DNA from: Malacoraja senta
Taxonomy: Eukaryota
DNA length: 64,000 nucleotides
Assembly (NCBI GenBank): GCA_038087875.1
Contig: CM075987.1
Location: forward strand, 19,656,001-19,720,000
Direction: 5' to 3'
Shown: positions 51,476 to 62,490 of the stretch, piece after piece
Layout of the letters: each line of letters opens with the position of its first letter
How positions within the stretch are numbered: the first letter of the stretch is position 1
The notes under the pieces: model-generated
What the model saw: the letters and a program-made list of their open reading frames with translations, nothing else
The model's database searches: none
Told to the model about the DNA's origin: nothing
Translations under genes and position numbers: made by a program

Positions 51476-52540
51476 CAGTGATGTGCGGTGAGGTCAATGG
51501 CTAGGGAGGCACTGGCTAGTATCAGTGGCCCGGCCCTCCCTGTATTGATCACCGCGTCTCCCCGGGGAGAGAGAGGGGTGGAGCCGGGGCTGTGTGCGTG
51601 AAGCACGGCAACTGGAGGGGTGGGGGCGTTGCCCCGGGACCGTGAGGGAACGACCCACCTCCCCCTCTCCCCCTTCTCCATTCACCCTCACAGCCCCCTC
51701 CCCGTCTACCCCTTGCTTCCTCCTCCACCCCTCTACTCTCTCTCCACCCCTCTCCCCCCCCTCCACCCGGGGTAGATCTACCCGAGCCGAGAGTACATTA
51801 GTCCAGCGCGGGTCCCCTTAGGCAGGGGGCCCAATTGGGAGCAAATCAGCGAATCAACCTACCAGTCAGCGCCGCCCGCGGCTGGAAAGTCAGCGCCACC
51901 AGCGGTGGAATCCAGTGCTGCGCCGCCGCTGCTGAAGCTAGCTAACGTGGAGGGAGAGTGAGGTAGCGTCAATTACGTGGGCTGAGCCTACGTAATTGAC
52001 GCTCGCTCTCCCTCCACTGGGCTCAAGACACGCCCCCTCAGTGAGGCAGATGTGATCGCTGCCTCCCCTGGTGCTTTTTCATTGCAGTTTTATGACAAGA
52101 TCAGCGAGCCTAAATTTAATATATTTATACGTGAAATAAGTTACCTGGATTATGGAAGGTGAGGACATGTAATGAAGGAGTTTACAAACATTACATTGGT
52201 GACATACAGAGAGATAGTAACAGGCACACGCTTATTGCCCGCGCTCCATCCAGTTTCTGAGGGGTTTTGCAATCAGAGGGGAGGCTCAGCTCGTCACTGC
52301 CTCACCTCTCATCTCTCCCTATATTTGCAGCGGAGCTGCGTAAATTTGGCGATGACCATAAAAAATGATTAGATTCATATAGAAATGACATTTATAACAG
52401 ATCAGTGGAAAAATCTTTATATTTATTTTATTTTATTATTATTTTTCTTTACTTTTCTTAACAGCTATTTTCATTGGGAGTATGACAGGTGAGGCTCTGC
52501 CTCCCCTGCCTCCCCTGCCTCCCCTGACCGCAAATCCCTG
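51476..52540. mobile_element. Non-autonomous hAT transposon (1,065 bp)
   Basis: Imperfect 18-bp TIRs (CAGTGATGTGCGGTGAGG / CAGGGATTTGCGGTCAGG), exact 8-bp TSD GTGGGGAT (51468-51475; 52541-52548), GAGGCA subterminal repeats, no transposase ORF. Confidence 0.88.
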
Positions 52541-55500
52541 GTGGGGATAGGTGATCTATTTGGCACTTCTAGATGCACTTTGGCTACAAATGCATTAGCC
52601 TGTCAGGGGCTTGTTTAGAGGAAAGGGTGGCTGATCAGATTTCAGATTCAGGGTATCAGATTTAACATGCGCCATATCAAATCCTTGGGGACGGAGCTGT
52701 GCAGAGTGAACAGAAACCCATATTAAATGCTAGGTTAGATTATGTGCAAGACTTAGTAAAAATTAGCATCATCAGACCTCTCCCCTTGAGTATGCAATTC
52801 AATCCTGGCGGGTGGGATATTAGGTCTTAAGGCAGCACATACAAGAGCCATGAGACCAATCTCATGTGTCAAAAGAGTGAATGATGTTGAATGGTTGGAG
52901 AAACTAGGGCTTTTTAAACCTTGAGAATGATTGTGAGGAGACTTCAGAGTATAAAAACATCAGTAACGAGCACCCTGCCAAGCTAAAAATGTGGAAAAAG
53001 TTTAAAATGGTGAGAAAAATTCATTTGGGTGCCTGAAAATGTATTTTATTTGTCTGAGATGCAGATCGCAATTCCAATTCATTCAATTTGACCTTTGATC
53101 ATGATTTACCCATGTCGGACGTCTCAATCCAAACCCATTGTGTAAGGAATGGCATCAATCCCCACACAGTTCTCCTTGCAGAAAGTTGTTCCCTGACTGA
53201 CCTGGACTATCCTGGAACAAGCAGTGCAAGACTGGGATCACACTGAACTGGGTCCCAACATTTAGCTTTAATCCTAGTGCCTGCAGATGTCCTCCACCCC
53301 CATCCAAAATCAACTCATGACCCAACCTAATGATTCTGTCAAAACCTTTATTCCCTAGCAATTGTAGGCTTCAACTGTCTGAGTATAGCCTCATGTATTA
53401 ATGGGGTAAAACCAGATCGAAATTTGCACACCACAGCTATGATAATCCAGCCCACCCATTGGGACGTGCAATAATATCTACGCTCTTGTATTTTTTGTTT
53501 GTAAGAGATGTGGGTTAGAAGTATGGTTTAATGGAAGAACCAGTGAAAAATTATGTTTCTTATAAAGAGCATTGCTATTTGGCATAGCGTAGGGATTTTC
53601 AGCTTGTTAGTAGCAACATCAATGCCGATGCGAGATTACCAATGATTTTCTTTTAACACTGATTTATTATAGTAAATGTTATGGAACAAATCCAAATGGA
53701 AGGCTATTCCTTTTCCTAATTTGGCCGTGGTTATTACAATTTAATGATAGTTAGATTTCTGCCTTGGGTCAGTGCAGTTCATCGTAACAATAAATTAAGT
53801 AAATAATTTGTCATACATTGCTCTGCTTTTATTAATTTGATTTATCATTGCCTTGTTGAAGAGTTACAATTATCCAGCATCATAAACCTTCTCTCGAACT
53901 GATTCTCGTGACAAAATCTGGAGCTTAACACTTAATGACCTTCCACCCACTAAAGCCTCTCTGAGGAAATATTACTACAACTTGGAATAATTATGATTTA
54001 ACTTGTTCAGTCCATGCAGAATAAAGAGAATGAATCGATGGTGACTCCTTTATTTCTGATTGTAAAAGTCATCTCTCCATCCAGTGGGATTCAAGGTTTC
54101 TGAATATTGTGAATGAGCAGTGTTTCTTTTGTAGACACAAAATGTGCCAGTATGCACCTTTAATAAACATATAAATCACATAGCTGGAAACATAGCTGAA
54201 AAAGTTAAGGACGTTTAACTTTTTTGAAGTGCTAATACACCAAGTGGGTGCTCTGGGCTTATGAATGTGGACAGAAGTCCTGCACTGGGTGGGTGCAGTC
54301 ACTCTCTAATCTAATTGTCATCGCTCCCTGCTCAACCACCACCATAACACAGTGAACTTCACAATAAAAACGCTGTCAATGAGCATTTGAAGAGCACAGC
54401 ATTGTGCCAGGGAGCTGAGCAGTCATTTGCCAGTAGAAAATGGCCCCATGCGCCGGACCTGACCTAGTGCAGTTCAGATTCCGCATGTCTAGTCTCTCTG
54501 GTCTCCCCTTCTCACAGACTGGTACCACCATTGTCCCTCAGACTGATCTTTCTTAATACAACCTATGTCCTGTCCGGACTGGTGACAAAAGCTGTGCCTA
54601 CGAGTCGTCCCAGATTACAACAATCTCTACACTTAAATAAATACCTCATTAGTTGGGCCTCCTGAATGTGGAAGGCATTAGATAATACAAGTCTTTTTTT
54701 CCTTCTATCCTAATTGTGCATGTTGCACTCATCATTACCAGATGTTACTAACCACTTTCCTGGGAACTATTAAAAAACACTTTTTTTAATTTGTCCTACA
54801 ATAATGCAATGTCTGTTCCAGCAATTGATGTACCAGGACCTCTGACTGGATTTTTATAATGTGATAGCTTGTGCCTAACAGATTTTCTGGAAGTTTCCTT
54901 CTATGATTTGCGGTAGAGTGGAGGGAGTTGGAGGATAAACTACTGCATTCAGTTTTTACTTGTGTATGTCACCCAGTTATTGACTTGGATCATCACTCAA
55001 TGAAGCTTGGCAACGGGCTTAACCTGCATTGTGACCTGGGAAGGCCTGGAAATTGAGGCAATACCCGACATAAAGGAATGCACAAGAGCACTTCTCTACT
55101 TTTCCATTTCTCTGTAAATCTGACAACTGAAAGATTAGTGACTAAAGGGGAAACACAAAATAGGGAGACAGTGTGCAATTTACTAATATGTTTGAATATT
55201 TTTTTGCTCAGTCATTTCTCATGGTGCTTATGACAGGACAGGTTGGCGGAGTGTGAAATTTAAATATTTTTTCTTTGATGTCAATGGAGAAGAACAGTTG
55301 AAAATCACATTGCGGCAAACAGGATACAGTTGATGGCAAGACCATTAACAGCATTGATGTGCAAAAGGATCTTGGGGTGGTGGTGGAGGCAGATATGATA
55401 GTGGTGTTTAAGAGGCTTTTAGATAGGCACATGGATATGCAGAGAGTGGAGGATTATGGATCACGTGCAGGCAGAGGAGATTAGTTTATCTTGATACCAT

Positions 55501-55905
55501 GCTTAGCACATACATTATGGGCCAAAGGGACTGTTCCTGTGCTGTGCATTACTATGTTCTATAATCATTTCTTGGCAGCGTAGTTCTATGGCTTAAATGG
55601 CCATTAGGCTATTATGAAGCCTAATAACACAGTGAGATAAGACGAAAGCAAATTAATTCTTGGTTGACTCAATTTTCTGAAATAGGACATTCTGCTGTTA
55701 GACTTTACGGAGATTCTGCTAAACTCCAGTTTTAAATCTCAGTGGTGGTGTTATCTCGTCATTGCTTTATTAATCCCTGTCAATGGCGTCCTGTGTTCTT
55801 GGTTTTTCACCCTCAACAAAAGGAATCATTCCAACAAGAATAAATTGGAAACTGATACAACAGATGGGATCAGAAGGTCACTTTGGGCAGCTGACTTAAT
55901 TGAGG

Positions 55906-56173
55906 TAAGAAAGAACTGCAGATGCTGGTTTAAATCGAAGGTAGACACAAAATCTAACTTCTAACTTCAGATAGCTCTTGCTTTCTCTCTCCATCCCTTC
56001 CCCTTCCCAGTTCTCCCACTAGTCTTACTGTCTCTGCCTACATCCTATCTTTGTCCTGCCCCCTCCCCTGACATCAGTCTGAAGAAGGGTCTCGACCCAA
56101 AACGTTGCCCATTCCTTTTCTCCAGAGATGCTGCCTCGCCCGCTGAGTTACTCTAGCATTTTGTGTCTACCCT
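55906..56173 (+). mobile_element. Penelope-like 3' fragment with inverted pLTR piece at its 5' side
   Basis: 12-bp TSD ACTTAATTGAGG (55894-55905; 56174-56185). 55906-55953 is inverted pLTR sequence. Mutated hammerhead at 56075-56109. Confidence 0.85.
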
Positions 56174-56729
56174 ACTTAATTGAGGCTTGTATTCCCTTGA
56201 ATTTAAGGTGTTTAAAATCTTTAAAAGATTGAATGGAGTGAATAGAGGGAAATAATTCCCTCAATTAAGTGGGGAACATAATCTTAAAATGTTTACAAGG
56301 GAAATCATTGTAGAAAACTGGAAAAAAAGTACTGGAAACACACAGGCCAGCCAGAATTTCTGGAGAGGGAAGTTAAGTTAATGCAGCAGCCTTTAAGGTC
56401 GACCTACTGCCTAACTTGCATGATACCTCCAACAATTTTTGTTTTTATCTCAGAATTTGTGATTGTTTTTACAAATACTGTAGGAAACCAGAACTTGTTC
56501 TTCAGAGTCAATGCAAGTTGGAAGACAATTAGAGGATTCATAGCTGAAATCCATTGATTTCTGTAGGCTAATGGACATGGAGAAAAATGGATTTAAGATG
56601 GATGAATGGTGTTGGGATAGTGATCACTATGACCTGATTGAATGGTAAAGCACATCTGAGGAACTAACCGACTTCCTCTTTTTGCAACTATGCAATACAC
56701 AGTGGAGGAAAGATAAAAAGAAAGATTAA

Positions 56730-56982
56730 AGGGCCTGTCCCACGGCGATTTTTTCGGCGACTGCCAGCATCATTGACTGACGTATCAGGTCACCGAAAAA
56801 TTTGCGGCGTGATGCAATGTGACGCGCAGTGACGCGGCGTAATGACGTATGACGCGCAGTGTTTTTCAAGTGTCGCAACATTTTTTTTTGTCGCTGCTGG
56901 ATTTTGAAATGTTAAAAATCTTTTGGCGACACTGATATGACGTTGACAGTCGCCGAAAAAATTGCATAGTGGGACAGGCCCT
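56730..56982. mobile_element. PIF/Harbinger-type MITE, copy 2
   Basis: TIR AGGGCCTGTCCCAC / GTGGGACAGGCCCT, TAA on both sides, same interior as 1235-1481. Confidence 0.85.
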
Positions 56983-57224
56983 TAAGACTTTTGGGATTCG
57001 ATACAATTTAGCATTACAGCAACAAAACTGGGTGTTTTCACCAGCGTTCTCAAGTCTTTCCAATATGTTTACAGTGATAGATTCTGAGATTTGTGTAAAT
57101 GGGTGGCTGAATGTGGGCCGCAGGGCCTGTTTGGGTTGTTTCTCTATAACTGGAATTCATAAATCATAGGAGCAGAATTAGGCCATTCGGCCCATCAGGT
57201 CTACTCCACCATTCAATCATGGCT

Positions 57225-57905
57225 CCCTCCGTAACTCCCTTGTCAATTCTTCCCTTCCCTCCCATACCACCCCCTCCCCTGGTACTTTCCCTTGCAACCG
57301 CAAGAGATGGAACACTTGTCCCTTCACCTCCCCCCTCCACTCCATTCAAGGACCCAAGCAGTCGTTCCAGGTGCGACAGAGGTTCACCTGCATCTCCTCC
57401 AACCTCATCTATTGCATTCGCTGCTCTAGATGCCAGCTGATCTAACATCGGTGAGACCAAGCGGAGGCTTGGCGATCGTTTCGCCGAACACCTCCGGTCG
57501 GTCCGCAATAACCAACCTGAACTCCCGGTGGCTCAGCACTTCAACTCCCCCTCCCATTCCGTATCTGACCTCTCTGTCCTGGGTCTCCTCCATGGCCACA
57601 GCGAGCAACACCGTAAATTGGAGGAAATGCACCTCATATTTCCGCTTGGGCAGTCTACATCCTGGTGGCCTGAACATTGAATTCTCCCAATTCTGCTAGC
57701 CCTGGCTGTCCCCTCCCCTTCATCAGCCATCTGGTTGTCTCCTTCCCTCCCCAGCCCTCGGGCTCCTCCTCCGCCTTTTCCTTTTTTCCTTTCTTCTCCC
57801 CACCCCCTATCAGTCTGAAGAAGGGTTTCGGCCTGAAACGTTACCTATTTCCTTCGCTCCATAGATGCTGCTGCACCCGCTGAGTTTCTCCAGCATTTTT
57901 GTGTA
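57225..57905 (+). mobile_element. Penelope-like element 3' fragment inserted in a CR1 3' end
   Basis: Highly similar to 47432-48003 on the opposite strand. 15-bp TSD CATTCAATCATGGCT (57210-57224; 57906-57920). Hammerhead motif at 57811-57845. Confidence 0.9.
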
Positions 57906-59149
57906 CATTCAATCATGGCTGATCTTTCTTTCCTCTCAACCCCATTCTAATGCATTCTCCCCATAACCGTTGACACCCTTACTGATCAGGAATCTGTCAA
58001 TCTCCACCTTAAAATTACCCAATGACTTGGCCTCCACTGCTTTGTGGCAAAGAATTCCACCGATTCACCACCATCTGACTAAAGAAATCCCTCCTCATCT
58101 CCCTTGTAAATCCTGCTTTAAGGACCAGTATGTGAGCTTCCCCTTATTATTTAAAATTTATCAACAAATGGAATCTTCATTTTGTTTCTTCTCTTGATCT
58201 TCTGCAGATTTCCTGCCCCAAGAGTTACTTCAGTGGATGTTCAAGAAAGTAAAGATTGAGAACTGTCTGTACGGAGTTTGTATGTTCTCCCCGTGACCTG
58301 CGTGGGTTTTCTCTGAGATCGTCGGTTTCCTCCACACTCCAAAGATGTACAGGTTTGTAGGTAAATTGGCTTGGTAAAATTGTCCCCAGAGTGGTGTAGG
58401 ATAGTGTTAATGTGTGGGGATCACTGGTCGGCGCGGACCCGATGGGCCAAAGGGCCTGTTTCCACGCTGTATCTCTAAACTAAACAAAAAAAAGATAAGT
58501 GAGTGCGATTTAGAAGAGATCACGGTAACAGAGTGGTTTAGAATTTTACAGCTCTCTGTGGCAGTACAGGGATGCTGTGCCATGACATGTGAGATGTTTC
58601 ACCCAGAGTATTGGTATTGGATTATTATTGTCACATTGTACAGTGAAAAGCATTTTCTTTGTGTGCTATCCAATTGGAACAGATTATATTATTCATGAGC
58701 ATGATCAAGCAATACACTAGTGCAACAGGTAATGCAAAGAGACAAATACTGGAGCGCGGAATACAGTTTCATAGCCTTGTAGCAGTACAGTAAAAATACA
58801 TTGTCCTCCCAACACTTCTACATTGTCCTCTCCTCCCAGTGACCTGATCCTGTCTGCTTGAACTCGGGAATGCTCAGAATAGCTCTCATGATCCCCTGCC
58901 CATCACAGGTCCTTCATGTGACATTCCCTTGTTTAGATAGTATGTGAAGGACTGTTTTCAGAAAATGATTAGAAAAGACCAAAGATTGCTCTGTTTCCTA
59001 CGTTGCCTTCATCAGGTGTTTGAACATTTCTGCTCTGAAAGTGAGAGGTCTCAGTCCAATATCAACTACTTTATAGGGCATTTCTCTGGGTCCCATAGGC
59101 TCCCTGTGATATTTAAGTTTTTAACGGGCTTTCATCTCAGAGTGCAGAG

Positions 59150-59346
59150 ATCTTCATCTTCTTATCAATCTTCATCTTCTTATCGAGTCCACACACAAGA
59201 TTAGAAGTTGTTCAGCCAGAGCTGAACACACTTCTCGGCATCTGCATACAATGGTGTCTGTCTTGCGCTTCTTGTGCTTCTTGTGCGTGGTGGTGGAAAG
59301 ATTGGTGGAAACAGGGCCGCAACGTGAACGCTCTTTCCTTGACCCC
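59150..59346 (-). mobile_element. Second short retroposon with 5' HDV-like ribozyme, structured body and GAAGA-rich tandem tail
   Basis: The minus strand starts GGGGTC. 12-bp stem CCACGCACAAGA/TCTTGTGTGTGG enclosing a GTTCAGC/GCTGAAC hairpin. Tail is GATAAGAAGATGAAGAT twice. No clear TSD. Confidence 0.7.
59295..59346 (-). ncRNA. Minimal HDV/CPEB3-like self-cleaving ribozyme motif
   Basis: P1 GGGGUC/GGCCCU (6 bp, first G-U); P2 GGAAAGA/UCUUUCC; P3 GCG/UGC; L3 UUCACGU; tiny P4 (U-UUCC-A); J4/2 CCAA. Confidence 0.78.
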
Positions 59347-60280
59347 AGATTACGGAGATTACAGTCATTAAAATAGTATTATTCCATTTTGCAGTGCCCC
59401 GCTCCTTTCTTTCAGGTCCATCTGCCGGATACTAACATTAATTGTGTTTCAAAAAACTCTACTAAAACTTGACACTTTTGGGCAAAGTTATACTTTTACA
59501 TGAACCTTGCGCAATTTTGACTCGCAATATCTTCTGTTGAAAGCAGCATTTTGTTCTGATCGTTGGCCATTCCAGCTTTGAGGGTTCTCTCTGCATCTTC
59601 AATCCTCTTAAGTTAGAGAATAATAACTCACACTTATATAGCGCCTGAAGAAGATGAAAATATCCTAACACCCTGGGGGTATTTTCACCTAAATTCAATA
59701 CTGTGTCACCAAAGGAAATCTTCGAATAGATCATGGAAAGCTTGTTCTGAATTCTAGGCTCAAAGAAGCTCTTACAAATAGGGTGGAGAGGTCTGAGGTG
59801 GGAATTCTCAGAACTTGAGGGCTTGGCAACTGACGGCAAGAACTTGGATGTACAAGTGTTCTGAGTCGGAGGAGTACTGAGATTTAGAAGGGTTGTATAG
59901 CTGGAGGAAGTTAGAGAAATGTGGATGGTACAAGGATATAACCCAAAGATATAACTTGGTATGCCAGCAAGTGCAATGCTGTTGACACTCAGTGCCAGTG
60001 TTCAAATCACCATTCAGATTGGGACCAGTGTTGCTTTTAATTGTCACAGATTACTGATATCACAGCCAAAAAGATTGTCCAACAAAAATTTCTTGGGGCT
60101 GAAGGTGGAACTACAAAGTTTATTTTTAACTACTCCAGAAATAGCACTGTTTTGGAAAAGTAATAAAAATGGTAGGGCAGTCAGTTAATGCAATCTCTGT
60201 TTGGGGTTATGTCTGATTTAACATTTCAGGAAATGATGTCAAAGGAGGTAGTAAGCCACAATGGATGCAGACTATTACTA

Positions 60281-60480
60281 NNNNNNNNNNNNNNNNNNNN
60301 NNNNNNNNNNNNNNNNNNNNNNNNNNNNNNNNNNNNNNNNNNNNNNNNNNNNNNNNNNNNNNNNNNNNNNNNNNNNNNNNNNNNNNNNNNNNNNNNNNNN
60401 NNNNNNNNNNNNNNNNNNNNNNNNNNNNNNNNNNNNNNNNNNNNNNNNNNNNNNNNNNNNNNNNNNNNNNNNNNNNNNNN
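60281..60480. other. Assembly gap (200 N)
   Basis: Run of 200 N. Confidence 1.
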
Positions 60481-61104
60481 GTTTGGTGCGGACCTGGTTG
60501 GCTGAAGGGCCTGTTTCCGCACTGTATCTCTAAACTAAACTGAACTAAACTATACCAACCTGGATATGCAGGGAATTGAGGGATATGGATCATGTGCAGG
60601 CAGAGGAAGTTAGTTGCCATCATATTCAGTACAGATATTGTGATCCAAGGGACCTGTTCCTGTCCTGTACTTTTCTATTTTCTAAGTTCTAACAGCATTA
60701 CACCATCAAGTATAAGTTGGTCTTTACCATCCAATTAGTCTTACTTAAATATCTTTCCCCACAACCTTGTAAATGATTACCTCTTCAGGTATATTTTATA
60801 TTCCCTTTGCAAAAAATGTACTTCCATCCACCCTTGCAAGCAGCACATTCCAGATAATAACAACTCACTGTGTAATTTTTATTTCCTTATTTCACCTCTG
60901 GTTCCTATGCCAATCTTTATTAAATCTGTGTACTCTGGTTACTTACTTTCCTGCCATTGGAAACAGTCGCCTTATTTACTCTATCAGAGTCCTACATGAT
61001 TTTGAGCAGATCTCCCCTTAATCTTTTCTATTCTGAGAGTAACGCTAGCTTCTCATGGCTCTCCATGTAACAGATAAATAACATCTAATCTGATATCCTC
61101 TTAA

Positions 61105-61550
61105 AACATAGAACATTGAACAATACAGCACAGGAACAGGCCCTGCTGTTCACAATGTCCGAGCAGGACATTATGCCGTTAAACTAATCTCCTCTGAGTG
61201 CATGTGATCCATATTCATCCTTTCCCTGCCTCTCTAAAAGCCTCTTAAATGCCACTCTCATATCTACCTTCACCACAACCCCAAGCAGTGTGTTCCAGGC
61301 ACCCATTACTCTTGATGTAAACCCCCCCCCCCCCCCCCCCCCCACCCTGCACATCTGATTTAAACTGCCTCTCTCACCTTAAAGGTATGCCCTCTAGCCT
61401 TTGATATCTCCAACCTGGGAAAAAAGTTCTGCCTATGTACGTATCCTCTCTATGGTTCTCATAATTTTATATACTTCTCTCGGGTCTCCTCAACCTTCAG
61501 CGTTCTAAAGAAAACAATCCCAGTTTGGCCAATTGCTTATTATAGCTAAT
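61105..61550 (-). mobile_element. CR1 LINE 3' fragment, decayed
   Basis: Collinear with 8460-8880. Related pieces at about 50180-50375 and, on the plus strand, 55370-55560. Confidence 0.7.
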
Positions 61551-61884
61551 ACCACCCTTCATTCTCTCTGGTGTATCATTACTCAGAGCTTCATATGGTT
61601 TAGTATAACTTCCTTATTTTGTATCCAACTTCTCCGTCAATAAAATTAAGAATCGATCCCTTGTATTTTTATAGTGGGCCTTAGTGGGTCAAATAACAAT
61701 GTTTGTGTATTTACAGAACCTTTTAAAATTTGTTACCAATACGTAAAGTTACTTATATTGTTTACCAAAGAGTAACACTTCATACTTTTCTGCATTTCAT
61801 TTCACTTACTTTATGTTTGACTATTTCAACAATTTACCCAAGTATGTTATTATCTTTTGGACACAAACTCCAAAGGCTAGTTTG

Positions 61885-62490
61885 CAAAAATAGACAGAGT
61901 GCTGGAGTAACTCAGCAGATCAAGCAGCATCTCTGGAGAACATGGATGGGTAATGTTTTGGGTGGGGACCTGTTTCAGACTCGTAGTGGGGGGGGGGGGG
62001 GGAGAAAGCTAGAAGTGATGTGGGAGTTTGGCAAGTGATAGGTGGTTACAGGTGAGGACTTTTTTTGATTGGCATATGGCTGAACAAAGGTCAGATAATT
62101 CTTTAATTTTAGCTAACTAACCTATAACACCACCCATCCCCTTTCCCCATCCCCCTCTCCCCCTCTCTTCCCTGTGCTCCAACTGCATGCACATTAGTTT
62201 CTCTCTTTCCCCTTCCTCTTTCCCCTTCCACTTATATTCCTTCCCCTGACTTCCATTTCGCGACTCTTCTCGTCTCCTTATCTCACACTTTTTGTCTTTT
62301 CATCTCTGGTCTTTGTCCAACCATCTGCCAATCAAAAATCCCCCTTACCTGTATCTACCTGTAACTTTCCAAACTTGGCCCTCCCCCACCTCTCTCCACC
62401 TTTCTCTCCCCCACCCCCACCCCCTCCACTGTAGTCAAGAAGGATCCCGACCCAACAACGTTGCCTATCTATGTTCTCCAGAAATGCTGT
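61885..62490. mobile_element. Two degenerate Penelope pLTR-type fragments in divergent orientation
   Basis: GCTGGAGTAACTCAGC..GCAGCATCTCTGGAGAACAT (minus-sense, about 61885-62095) and its counterpart ending ATGTTCTCCAGAAATGCTG (plus-sense, about 62270-62490). Confidence 0.55.

Noticed and set aside
51476..52060. CpG-island promoter of a host gene
   Set aside because: The GC-rich stretch lies entirely within a TIR/TSD-bounded hAT element.
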